The position numbers were made by a program, and so were the translations under genes. A stretch of 64,000 bases of DNA. Source: an uncultured Gemmatimonadaceae bacterium. Lineage in GTDB: Bacteria; Gemmatimonadota; Gemmatimonadetes; Gemmatimonadales; Gemmatimonadaceae. The stretch covers positions 416,001 to 480,000 of the forward strand of contig CAWFQK010000002.1 in assembly GCA_963817955.1 (NCBI GenBank), given 5' to 3'. Of the stretch, positions 32,666 through 41,826 are shown piece after piece (position 1 is the first letter of the stretch; each line of letters starts with the position of its first letter). The notes beneath the pieces are model-generated. The model saw only the letters and a program-made list of their open reading frames with translations, did not search any database and was not told where the DNA came from.

Positions 32666-34732
32666 ATGTCAAAGTTGTTCCGCGCCGGCCTCTGGGCGCT
32701 GGTGGCTATTCTTGGAGCCGCGGCGTTCGCGCGTCTGGCGTTATCGCGCGGCGAGACGGTGAATGCCGCATGGCTGCTCACAGCGGCTCTCTGCAGCTAC
32801 GCCGTGGCGTATCGATTCTACAGCAAGTTCTTGGCGTCGAAGATCTTCGCGCTCGATGCCAACCGCGCCACCCCCGCGGTGCGACTGGACGACGGCCGCG
32901 ACTTCGTGCCGACCAACCGGTGGATCGTGTTCGGACACCATTTCGCGGCGATTGCCGGGCCCGGTCCGCTCGTGGGGCCAACGCTCGCCGCGCAATTCGG
33001 GTTCCTGCCCGGCGTGATCTGGATTGTGGTAGGCGTGGCGCTCGGCGGTGCGGTGCAAGACTTCGTGATACTCGCATCGTCTGTGCGGCGGGACGGAAAG
33101 TCACTCGGACAGATGGCGCGCGAGGAGATCGGGCCGGTAGCGGGGGTAACGGCGCTCGTGGCGGTGCTCGGCATCATGATCGTACTCCTCGCCGTACTCG
33201 CGCTGGTGGTGGTCAATGCGCTCAAGTCGAGCCCATGGGGAACGGTGACTATCGCGCTGACCATCCCCATTGCCATGCTGATGGGCGTGTACCTGCGCTG
33301 GGTGCGGCCGGGACGTGTGCTCGAAGCGAGCGCCATGGGCCTGGTGCTGTTGGTTGCCGCACTCTACGGCGGACGCTGGGTGTCGGAGAGTGCCTCGCTC
33401 GCGTCCACCTTCACGCTGAGCGGGACGACGCTGGCGATCGCGATCATGATCTACAGCTTCGCCGCGTCGGTCGCACCGGTCTGGTTGCTGCTCGCGCCGC
33501 GCGACTATCTCTCGGCATTCGTGAAGATTGGAGTGGTATTCGGGCTGGCGGCGGGCATTCTCATAGCGTTGCCGCCGCTGCAGATGCCGGCGCTCACGCA
33601 ATTCACCGATGGCTCGGGGCCGGTCTTTGCCGGAAAGGTATTTCCGTTCGCGTTCATCACCATCGCCTGCGGAGCGGTGTCGGGATTCCACGCGCTCATC
33701 GCATCGGGCACGACGCCGAAGATGCTGGAACGCGAGACTGACGCGCGCATGGTCGGCTATGGCGGCATGATCATGGAGTCGTTCGTGGCCGTGATGGCGC
33801 TCATCGCCGCCTGCGCGCTGACACCGGGCGTCTACTTCGCCATCAATGCACCGGCGAGCGCGATCGGCGCCACGGCCGCAAGCGCCGCCGAGGCGGTACG
33901 GCATTGGGGGTTCACGCTCGACCCTGCCGAGATGCAGCATCTGGCGCGGCAGGTGGGCGAGTCGTCGCTGCTGTCACGCACCGGGGGAGCGCCCAGCCTG
34001 GCGCTCGGCATGGCGCACATCTTCGCGAACGCGCTCGGCGGCGGCACGGCGATGGCGATCTGGTATCACTTCGCGATCATGTTCGAAGCGCTATTCATCT
34101 TGACCACGCTCGACGCGGGAACGCGCGTCGGACGATTCATGTTGCAGGACCTGGGGCGCCACGTCTGGGAGCCGTTCGGGCGCGTATCATGGTACCCCGC
34201 CGTGGTGGTATCGAGCGCAGTCGTCGTCGCACTCTGGGGCAATTTTCTGTATCAGGGTGTGCTCGATCCCCTTGGCGGCATCAACTCGTTGTGGCCGCTG
34301 TTCGGGATCTCTAATCAGCTCCTCGCGGCAGTCGCACTCTGCCTGGGCACGACGGTGCTCATCAAGATGGGCAAGGTGCGGTACGTCTGGGTCACGCTTG
34401 CTCCACTCGCCTGGCTCACGTTGGTGACGATGACCGCCGGGTGGGACAAGCTGTTCTCGGCTGATCCAAAGCTCGGGTTTCTCTCGCACGCGCACCTGAT
34501 CGAAGGCAACGTGGCGAGCGGCGTCCTGCCGGCCGCGGTCAAGACCGTGAGCGATGCCCACCGAATGATCTACAACGACTATCTCGACGCAGCCGTCGCG
34601 GCGTTCTTCATGGTCTCGGTGGTCGTGATTCTTGCCGACAGTATCCGCGAATGGATCGCCGTACTCGGCGGGCGGAAACCCCTCGTCTCCACCGAGGTCC
34701 CGTTCCAGGCCCTTGCGCCCGCGGGAGATTGA
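32666..34732 (+). CDS. cstA: Carbon starvation protein A (peptide/pyruvate transporter)
   Basis: DGRDFVPT, GHHFAAIAGPGPLVGP, TIACGAVSGFH, WPLFG.SNQLLA. Confidence 0.96.
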   Translation: MSKLFRAGLWALVAILGAAAFARLALSRGETVNAAWLLTAALCSYAVAYRFYSKFLASKIFALDANRATPAVRLDDGRDFVPTNRWIVFGHHFAAIAGPGPLVGPTLAAQFGFLPGVIWIVVGVALGGAVQDFVILASSVRRDGKSLGQMAREEIGPVAGVTALVAVLGIMIVLLAVLALVVVNALKSSPWGTVTIALTIPIAMLMGVYLRWVRPGRVLEASAMGLVLLVAALYGGRWVSESASLASTFTLSGTTLAIAIMIYSFAASVAPVWLLLAPRDYLSAFVKIGVVFGLAAGILIALPPLQMPALTQFTDGSGPVFAGKVFPFAFITIACGAVSGFHALIASGTTPKMLERETDARMVGYGGMIMESFVAVMALIAACALTPGVYFAINAPASAIGATAASAAEAVRHWGFTLDPAEMQHLARQVGESSLLSRTGGAPSLALGMAHIFANALGGGTAMAIWYHFAIMFEALFILTTLDAGTRVGRFMLQDLGRHVWEPFGRVSWYPAVVVSSAVVVALWGNFLYQGVLDPLGGINSLWPLFGISNQLLAAVALCLGTTVLIKMGKVRYVWVTLAPLAWLTLVTMTAGWDKLFSADPKLGFLSHAHLIEGNVASGVLPAAVKTVSDAHRMIYNDYLDAAVAAFFMVSVVVILADSIREWIAVLGGRKPLVSTEVPFQALAPAGD

Positions 34733-34749
34733 TCGTGCGGACTCATGAA

Positions 34750-34944
34750 ATGAAACGCGCGGCGCGCGCCATGGTCGCGCGCGCTGCCGCCGTGCTCCGG
34801 CGCGTCATTGGCGTTCCGGATTACGAGCACTACCTGTCGCACCTGACGATGCGGCATCCGGGCACGAAAGCCCTGTCTCGTGATGAATTCATGCGACAGC
34901 GGCTCGACGATCGGTACAGCCGCCCCGGGTCGCGCTGCTGCTGA
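34750..34944 (+). CDS. YbdD/YjiX family small protein
   Basis: GVPDYEHYL.H....HP...LS..EF......RY....RCC directly after cstA. Confidence 0.9.
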   Translation: MKRAARAMVARAAAVLRRVIGVPDYEHYLSHLTMRHPGTKALSRDEFMRQRLDDRYSRPGSRCC

Positions 34945-36141
34945 TCAGGGTTTCGATCGCGGCAGGAAAAGCATGGCCACGGCGGCAATCAGCGCGAGCG
35001 CGCCCCCGACGTCGAATGCCGTCATGGACCCGAACCGGTCCCAGAGCAGACCGAAGAGCAGCGACGCTGGCAAGGCGCCAATGCCGATGGCGAGATAGTA
35101 CCAGCCGTACGCCGCACCCCGTCGCGCGGCCGGAACGACATCGGCCACGAGGGCGAGCTCCGAGCCTTCGGTGAGACCGAAGTACAGTCCGTATGCGGCA
35201 AACAGTCCCCAAGCGTGCCACGCCTGCGTCGCTCGGCCAAACAGAAAGTAGACTGTCGCGTATACCAGCCACCCGGCGATCACCGTCGGTCGCCGGCCGA
35301 TACGGTCGGAGAGCGCGCCGCCCGGCACGTTGAAGACGCTCTTTACGCCATTGAGCAGCGCCCAGAGAATTGGCGCCAACGCGACTGCCACGCCAAGCTG
35401 CTTGGCGCGCAAGAGCAGGAACGCGTCGGTCGAATTCCCCAGCGTGAAGACGAAGATCACGCCGAGAAAGGACCAGAAGCGGGCGCCCATGTGCCCCTGG
35501 AGCTCCAGATGGCTACTCGCCGCCGGCCTATGACGCGCCACCTCGCGAATGCCAAAGAGCGCGACGAACACCGCGATGGCGCCGGGAATCGCCGCCAGCC
35601 AGAACACCGTACGCAGCGGTACATGCCACCAGGACAGGATGCCAAACGCGATGAGCGGGCCGAGCAACGCCCCCGCGTTGTCAGCGGCGCTCCGCACGCC
35701 GAACGCCCGGCCGCGCACGGTCGGGTGCACCGAATCGGCGATCAGTGCATCGCGAGGCGAATTGCGGATACCCTTGCCCACGCGATCGCTCACCCGAATG
35801 AGCAACACCTGGCTCGCCGACTGGGCGATGGCAACGAGCGGGCGCACGGCGGAGGCGATCAGGTAGCCGGCCACGACGAGCGGCTTGCGGCGGCGCACCC
35901 GATCGGACCACCAGCCGCTCGCCAGCTTGAGCAGCGCGGACACTGATTCTGCCGTCCCCTCGATCGCCCCGATGAACCCGGCGCTCGCACCGAGGACCGA
36001 TGTGAGAAACACCGGCAATAACGGGTAGATCATCTCGCTCGAGACATCGGTGAAGAAGCTCACCGCGGCGAGGACATACACGTTGCGGCCGAGCCGGGGC
36101 GGCGAATTGTCCTGGCCGGGGTCGGTGTTCGGTGTCGTCAT
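34945..36141 (-). CDS. MFS transporter
   Basis: DVSSEMIYPLLP, SDRVRRRKP, DRVGKGIR.SPRDALIA, LSDRIGRR. Confidence 0.93.
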   Translation of the reverse strand: MTTPNTDPGQDNSPPRLGRNVYVLAAVSFFTDVSSEMIYPLLPVFLTSVLGASAGFIGAIEGTAESVSALLKLASGWWSDRVRRRKPLVVAGYLIASAVRPLVAIAQSASQVLLIRVSDRVGKGIRNSPRDALIADSVHPTVRGRAFGVRSAADNAGALLGPLIAFGILSWWHVPLRTVFWLAAIPGAIAVFVALFGIREVARHRPAASSHLELQGHMGARFWSFLGVIFVFTLGNSTDAFLLLRAKQLGVAVALAPILWALLNGVKSVFNVPGGALSDRIGRRPTVIAGWLVYATVYFLFGRATQAWHAWGLFAAYGLYFGLTEGSELALVADVVPAARRGAAYGWYYLAIGIGALPASLLFGLLWDRFGSMTAFDVGGALALIAAVAMLFLPRSKP

Positions 36142-36194
36142 GAGATTCGAATCTACCACTTGCGATTAGCCCGAGACGGGTAGCAAATGTAGGC

Positions 36195-37400
36195 ATGGCA
36201 ACGCGCGCGCCGTCACCGTCGGAGACCACCGCCACGCACCGTTCGCTCGCAGCAGCGCGCGCGCGGCTGGCGGCGCGCGATGATGCGATCATCCGCACAC
36301 AGATCACCGTGGCGCAGATCGCTGCGCCCACCGGCGAAGAGCATGAGCGCGGCTGCTGGGTGGCGCGCCGATATCAGGATTGCGGACTATCACAGATCCA
36401 CACCGACGAGGCAGGCAACGTCATTGGCCGTCGCGACGGCGCAAAGGCTTTGCCGCCCGTGGTCATCTGTGCGCATCTCGACACGGTCTTTCCACGCGAG
36501 ACGAATCTCGCCGTTCGGCGCGATGGTGCACGTCTCATCGGCCCGGGGATCAACGATAACGGCAGAGGGCTCGCCGTGATGCTGGCGCTGGCCGCCGAGA
36601 TCGACGGCACGCGGTTGCAGTCGCTGCATCCGATCGAATTCGTGGCCACGACGGGCGAAGAAGGGTTGGGCGATCTGCGCGGCGCGAAACACTACTTCGC
36701 CGACCGCGGCCGGGAGGCATACGCCGTGGTCGCGCTGGACGGCGCGGGCGACGAACGCATCATCCATCGCGCGCTGGGGTCGCGGCGATTTCGCGTATCG
36801 TTCGCTGGCCCGGGGGGGCATTCGTGGGCTGCGTACGGCGTGGCGAACGCGGTGCATGCCGCCGCCGGGGCGGCAGCACGTTTGGCGTCGCTCACTCTGC
36901 CGACGTCGCCGCGCACGACGCTGTCGGTGGGCCGTATTGGCGGCGGACTATCGGTGAATTCGATTCCCGATGCGGCGTGGCTGGAAATCGATCTGCGGTC
37001 GACATCGGCCCTACAGCTCGACGAGCTCGAACAGGCCATTCATACGATCGCACACATGGCGGCGGGCGACGAGAATGGCAAACGTGCCATGGGAACACGC
37101 GCGCTCAGCGTGCGCATAGAGTCCATTGGATCACGCCCCTGCGGCGAGACCCCAAAGGATCATGCACTGGTGCGCGCCGCCATGGAGGCGACACGCCTCG
37201 TGGGACGGCAACCCGATCTCGCGCTGGCCTCCACCGATGCGAATGTGCCGATCAGCCAGGGCATTCCGGCTATCGCGATCGGTGCCGGCGGACGGGGCGG
37301 CGACGCCCACACGCACGCCGAGTGGTTTGACAACGTTCACGGCACGATCGGTGTGGCGCGAGCCCTCACGATCGTCATGACCACCGCGGGCATGGTGTAA
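36195..37400 (+). CDS. M20/M25/M40 metallohydrolase
   Basis: AHLDTV, GINDN.RG, GEEG.GDLRG, GGHSW, STDAN, H...EW. Confidence 0.9.
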   Translation: MATRAPSPSETTATHRSLAAARARLAARDDAIIRTQITVAQIAAPTGEEHERGCWVARRYQDCGLSQIHTDEAGNVIGRRDGAKALPPVVICAHLDTVFPRETNLAVRRDGARLIGPGINDNGRGLAVMLALAAEIDGTRLQSLHPIEFVATTGEEGLGDLRGAKHYFADRGREAYAVVALDGAGDERIIHRALGSRRFRVSFAGPGGHSWAAYGVANAVHAAAGAAARLASLTLPTSPRTTLSVGRIGGGLSVNSIPDAAWLEIDLRSTSALQLDELEQAIHTIAHMAAGDENGKRAMGTRALSVRIESIGSRPCGETPKDHALVRAAMEATRLVGRQPDLALASTDANVPISQGIPAIAIGAGGRGGDAHTHAEWFDNVHGTIGVARALTIVMTTAGMV

Positions 37401-37444
37401 ACGGGGCGGTTGAAACTACCGTTACCGCCGTAACAAAATCGGTA

Positions 37445-39139
37445 TCAGTCTGTCTGCGCCGGCTCAGCGCGGGCGAACACGCGACCGAGATACAGCATTG
37501 CCAGGTACGTCTCGGCGGCGAGTATGCACGACGCCAGCAGGGCCACGAGGCCGATCGCCGCGCCGTGCGTTTGGTGCAACCCACCAACGACGCCCCACGC
37601 GATGAGCGCGGGCACAATCAGCGCGAGCGCGAGCGCGATGAGATTGGCGACTGTACCGAGCACATTCTGTCCGAGGGTCTCGACGCCGGTGCTCACGTTG
37701 GGACCCAGGCGGACCCACGCGGGGAACAGCACCGCCATGCCATTCTGGATCGTGAGGAGCGCAGCGTTGAGCGCCAGCAATGCGACGGGCGACACAAGTG
37801 CCAGGGCGCCCAGTTCTCCCACGAGCGGACGCGTGGGCGACAGAAGCAGCGCGATATAGGCAACCAATACCAGAGCGGCCTGGATGGCTCCCATCGGCAC
37901 CGCCGACGACGCGACTTCGGCGAGCACGATCTGCTCCGACGGAATGGGAAGTGACTTGAGGAGCGGCAGGTGTTTCATATCATGTCGCAAATCATTGCGA
38001 ATCATGCGGCCGCCAAAGAGGAGCAGCAGCGCGGCCAGGGAAACCGAACACGCAGCCACGGTCTCGGCCGCAGTCGCTCCTTCGCTCGTAGTGGTAAAGC
38101 CAATGGCAATTGCCATGACGAACGGGCCGATGAACACGCGGAGCTGAGCCGTTCGCCGAAGGCAGAGCATGTTCTTCCAGAAGATCGCCATGGCCGGGTG
38201 GCCGCGCACGGCCAGACGAAGTGTCGAACCAGCAGTGCGTGGGGCGACGGTCGCGCCCGAACGACGGGCCCGCATCGCCTCGATCTTCCGCGCGCGCTCG
38301 GCCGACGCCTGGATCGCGGCGTCCTCGAACGCGGCATCCGTGCGAAGCACCCACCACGCGTGGAGCGCCAGCACGCCGGCGGCAGGCACGATCGCGCGGC
38401 CCCACTCCGATACGTTGTGCGCGAATGTCGGCGCGACCACCAGATGGAAGAGGTACAATCCCCAGTACGCCGGTGCGGTGGCGAGCACGTGACCGAGCGC
38501 GGTAAAGAACACGTGCGGCGCGTCGGCGTCGAGAAGCGGGCCACGCGCTTCGATCAGACCGGCGGCAATCAACACCAGCACCACGCCGAACGCAGCGAGC
38601 GAGACAATGTTCCGCCGCGCGCCAGAGCCGCCATGCTCGCGCCAGGAGGTCCGGACCAATGCCGCTCCCAACCGATGGAGGCTGAGTGTCGAGAACAGCA
38701 CCCACAGGCCGACCGCGCGGAGGGGCGCCGGCAGAAGCGTGCCGCCGCGTCGCAGCACGAACACCCAGATCATCGCGTTGATCATCACGGCGACCTGCGA
38801 GCGGTACAGCTTGTAGGCAATGAGCTGGCGCCGCGACAGCGGCGCCGGGAAGAGCATCGAGACCTCGGCCGGCGTAAAAGCGAGCGCTGTCGCGTCCGCG
38901 CCAAACACCCAGGAACCCATGAGCGTGACGACAGCGAGGAGGGTGACGATCATCTCCGCCGGCTGGCCGAGGAACATCGGCACCGAGCCGCCGCGGTTGA
39001 CGGGACGCACCAGAAAGGCATAGACGTACAGCACGCCGACCGCGAGTGCGATGGCATATCGAGGGCTGCGTGCGCGCCGCAGCGCGAAGCGCAGACGGTT
39101 GCGCGCCGAGCTCGCGGTCAGGTAGAGGAACGCGTTCAC
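37445..39139 (-). CDS. Putative ABC exporter permease
   Basis: Many TM segments; F.PAEV..LFPAP.SRRQL..YKL, RNDLR.D; coupled to an ABC ATPase. Confidence 0.8.
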   Translation of the reverse strand: MNAFLYLTASSARNRLRFALRRARSPRYAIALAVGVLYVYAFLVRPVNRGGSVPMFLGQPAEMIVTLLAVVTLMGSWVFGADATALAFTPAEVSMLFPAPLSRRQLIAYKLYRSQVAVMINAMIWVFVLRRGGTLLPAPLRAVGLWVLFSTLSLHRLGAALVRTSWREHGGSGARRNIVSLAAFGVVLVLIAAGLIEARGPLLDADAPHVFFTALGHVLATAPAYWGLYLFHLVVAPTFAHNVSEWGRAIVPAAGVLALHAWWVLRTDAAFEDAAIQASAERARKIEAMRARRSGATVAPRTAGSTLRLAVRGHPAMAIFWKNMLCLRRTAQLRVFIGPFVMAIAIGFTTTSEGATAAETVAACSVSLAALLLLFGGRMIRNDLRHDMKHLPLLKSLPIPSEQIVLAEVASSAVPMGAIQAALVLVAYIALLLSPTRPLVGELGALALVSPVALLALNAALLTIQNGMAVLFPAWVRLGPNVSTGVETLGQNVLGTVANLIALALALIVPALIAWGVVGGLHQTHGAAIGLVALLASCILAAETYLAMLYLGRVFARAEPAQTD

Positions 39140-39870
39140 TGCGCTGGCGTTTCGTCGCCGGTCAGCGCCAGGAACACGTCTTCGAGCGAGCGGCCGGCAA
39201 GCGCTGGATGCGCTCCAATGATCTCATCAAGGGTGCCGTAGGCGACGCGCTCGCCGCGCCGCACGACGAGTAGCTTGGTGCACAGTTCCTCGACCAGATA
39301 GAGCAGATGCGAACTGAGAATGACCGCCGCGCCGGCCGCGGCGCGCGCGGCGATCGTCTCGCGCATGCGCCGCATGCCTCCTGGATCGAGGCCGGTGAGC
39401 GGCTCGTCGAGAATCAGGACGGAGGGGTCGTGCAGCAAGCCGCAGGCAATCGCGAGCTTCTGGCGCATGCCGCGCGACAGTTCTCCGGGCAGCGCTTGCC
39501 GTTTGTCGGTGAGCTCGAGCTCGTGCAACAGTCGAGGCATGCGCACCTCGACGTCGTCCACGCCATACAGCCGCGCAATGAAGCGCAGATGTTCTTCGAC
39601 GGAGAGGTAGTCAAACAGGTGCGGCTCGTCGGGAATGAACGCGAGCGCCCGCTTGGCCGCAATCGGATCCGTGACGATGTCGTGCCCGCCGATCGCGACG
39701 CTCCCGGCAGACGGACCGATGATGCCGGCCAGGCAGCGAAGCGTCGTCGTCTTTCCGGCACCGTTCGGGCCGACGAGGCCAAGCACCTCGCCGGCACCCG
39801 CCTCGAACGACATGCCTCGAACGGCAGGAAACGAGCCGTAGAGTTTCGACAGCTCGCGGACGGCAATCAT
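39136..39870 (-). CDS. ABC transporter ATP-binding protein
   Basis: GPNGAGKTT, LSRGMRQK, ILDEP, SSH. Confidence 0.95.
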   Translation of the reverse strand: MIAVRELSKLYGSFPAVRGMSFEAGAGEVLGLVGPNGAGKTTTLRCLAGIIGPSAGSVAIGGHDIVTDPIAAKRALAFIPDEPHLFDYLSVEEHLRFIARLYGVDDVEVRMPRLLHELELTDKRQALPGELSRGMRQKLAIACGLLHDPSVLILDEPLTGLDPGGMRRMRETIAARAAAGAAVILSSHLLYLVEELCTKLLVVRRGERVAYGTLDEIIGAHPALAGRSLEDVFLALTGDETPAQ

Positions 39871-39874
39871 GCGG

Positions 39875-40864
39875 TCAGGACTCGAGCCGCACTACCGAGT
39901 GATCGGCAATGTTCACCTGTCCGCGGGCGCCTTCGACGATGGCCGCATCGCCGACGATCGATTTCGTGAGCAGAGAGTTCGTAATCCTGGTGCCGGCGCC
40001 AACGATGGTGTCACGCAGTTCCGAACCTTCGATCTGCGCGCCGGCACTGATCGAGACGTTCGGGCCGATCGTCGACGCCAGGAGCGTCACACCGTCCTCC
40101 ACGTACACCGGATCGATGACGGTGACCCCGTCGGGTACCGAGGTCGGTCGCCGCGCACGGCCCCGCTCGAGGATCGTGCGGTTGGTCTCCAGGAGCGTTC
40201 CCTGCTCGCCCGCATCGTACCATCCTTCGACGTCGATCACCTTGATCTTGGCGCCGTGGTCGATCATGTACTGGAACGCGTCGGTCAGATAGTACTCACC
40301 CTTGTTCTTCGGCTGCCGGAGCGTCCAGTCAATTCCCTCGTACAGCAGCTTCCAGTTCTTGATATAGTACAGCCCAATGTTGGCTCGTTTGGATACCGGC
40401 GTGGACGGCTTCTCGACGATCCGCGTCATGTTACCATCCGCGTCGGTGACCACGACGCCGAAGCGCTGGTAGTCCTCGACCGTCTTCACCCAGATGATCC
40501 CGTCTGCGTCGGTGGTCTTCACGACGGAAAGGTCGGCGTCGAAGATCGTGTCCACGAAAATGATGAACACCGGCTGGTCCACGAACTCGCGAGCCAGCGC
40601 AACCGCGCCCGCCGTGCCGTCCTGCACCTTCTGCTCGATGAACACGGCGTCGAACGGATACGTGGCCCGCGCGTAGGCTTCGACCTTGTCCTTGAGATGC
40701 CCGGTGATGTAGATGACCTGCTCGACATCGCCGAGCCGTTGCAGATCTTCCATCACGTAGTCGATCACCGGCTTGCCGGCAATCTTGAGCATGGGCTTCG
40801 GCGTGATGTGCGTGTGCGGGCGCAGGCGCGTGCCTTTCCCCGCAAGCGGAATGATGACCTTCAT
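39875..40864 (-). CDS. Sugar-phosphate nucleotidyltransferase with hexapeptide-repeat tail
   Basis: IPLAGKGTRLRPHT...PKP, EKP, EYYLTDA, WYDAG. Confidence 0.92.
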   Translation of the reverse strand: MKVIIPLAGKGTRLRPHTHITPKPMLKIAGKPVIDYVMEDLQRLGDVEQVIYITGHLKDKVEAYARATYPFDAVFIEQKVQDGTAGAVALAREFVDQPVFIIFVDTIFDADLSVVKTTDADGIIWVKTVEDYQRFGVVVTDADGNMTRIVEKPSTPVSKRANIGLYYIKNWKLLYEGIDWTLRQPKNKGEYYLTDAFQYMIDHGAKIKVIDVEGWYDAGEQGTLLETNRTILERGRARRPTSVPDGVTVIDPVYVEDGVTLLASTIGPNVSISAGAQIEGSELRDTIVGAGTRITNSLLTKSIVGDAAIVEGARGQVNIADHSVVRLES

Positions 40865-41232
40865 GGGTTGCTGGTCCCTTCCCGACCGTAGCGGTCCTTG
40901 AGGCGGACGACGTCGTCGAGGTGTGGTGTCGACACTTCGATGATGTCGCAATCGGTCACGGCTTCCATCTGGTGGATCGTGCCGGGCGTGACGTGAAACG
41001 CCTCGCCGAGCCGGAGCTCGACGTCGCGCGGCTCGTCATGCTCCCAGATGCGGTAGATCAATTCTCCCGAAAGCAGATAGACAGTTTCGTCTTTCACGTT
41101 GTGATATTGCACGGACAGGGCGTGTCCCGCCTTGATGTGCAGAATCTTGCCGACGTAGGCGTCGGTACGCGCCCAGATCGTCTCGTGGCCCCAGGGTTTC
41201 GGAACGTGCGTGATGGTGGCGCGCTCGCTCAT
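40861..41232 (-). CDS. Cupin protein (mannose-6-phosphate isomerase-like)
   Basis: KPWGHE, LSVQYH..KDE, PGTIH, EVSTP...DVVR..D.YGR. Confidence 0.88.
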   Translation of the reverse strand: MSERATITHVPKPWGHETIWARTDAYVGKILHIKAGHALSVQYHNVKDETVYLLSGELIYRIWEHDEPRDVELRLGEAFHVTPGTIHQMEAVTDCDIIEVSTPHLDDVVRLKDRYGREGTSNP

Positions 41233-41245
41233 ATGGTGATGGTAA

Positions 41246-41800
41246 TCAAGTAAGGTGAATGGAGCTGGGCTCGGTGACGCATGCGGCTACACAGATGCCG
41301 CAGCCAGTACAGGCGGCGCCAATCCGCGGATGACCGTCGGTGTCGATGTGAATGGCGTCCGGTCCAGCCGGACACACCCGCGCGCAGACGCCGCACTCGA
41401 CGTCGCGATTGGTGATGCAACGATCGTCGATCGCAACAGACGCAAAGTGCACCCGAGCCCAACCGTCCGGCGGCACTTCGAGCGCGCCGGTGGGACACGC
41501 GCCTGCGCAGGGCATGTCCGCACACATCACGCAGGCGTCGAGTGCCGGCTGCAGCAACGGCGTGCCGCTCGCAAGGCCGTGGTCACTTCCGACGCGCGTG
41601 ATTGCCGCAACGGGACAGACCGTGATGCAGTCCCCACAGCGCGTGCACGCCGCGAGAAACGCCGCCTCCGGCAACGCGCCGGGCGGACGCACATACTGTC
41701 GCGTCACGACTCCGTTGCCCAGCGCGTTCACGGCCCGGCCCACGACCTTGAAGAGGCCGCTAGTGAAAAAGGCGCGACGGCTGACGGATGGGTCGGACAT
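41246..41800 (-). CDS. NapG/MauM-like 4Fe-4S ferredoxin
   Basis: SRRAFF, RPPGA..E..F...CTRCGDC...CP and three more Cys clusters. Confidence 0.85.
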   Translation of the reverse strand: MSDPSVSRRAFFTSGLFKVVGRAVNALGNGVVTRQYVRPPGALPEAAFLAACTRCGDCITVCPVAAITRVGSDHGLASGTPLLQPALDACVMCADMPCAGACPTGALEVPPDGWARVHFASVAIDDRCITNRDVECGVCARVCPAGPDAIHIDTDGHPRIGAACTGCGICVAACVTEPSSIHLT

Positions 41801-41826
41801 GCGCGAAATAAACCCTTGTCCCCTCT

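Noticed and set aside
34930..34950. Selenocysteine read-through at the TGA after ...RCC of the YbdD/YjiX protein
   Set aside because: The protein already ends in the canonical CC, the TGA abuts the stop of the convergent MFS gene, and no SECIS can be supported
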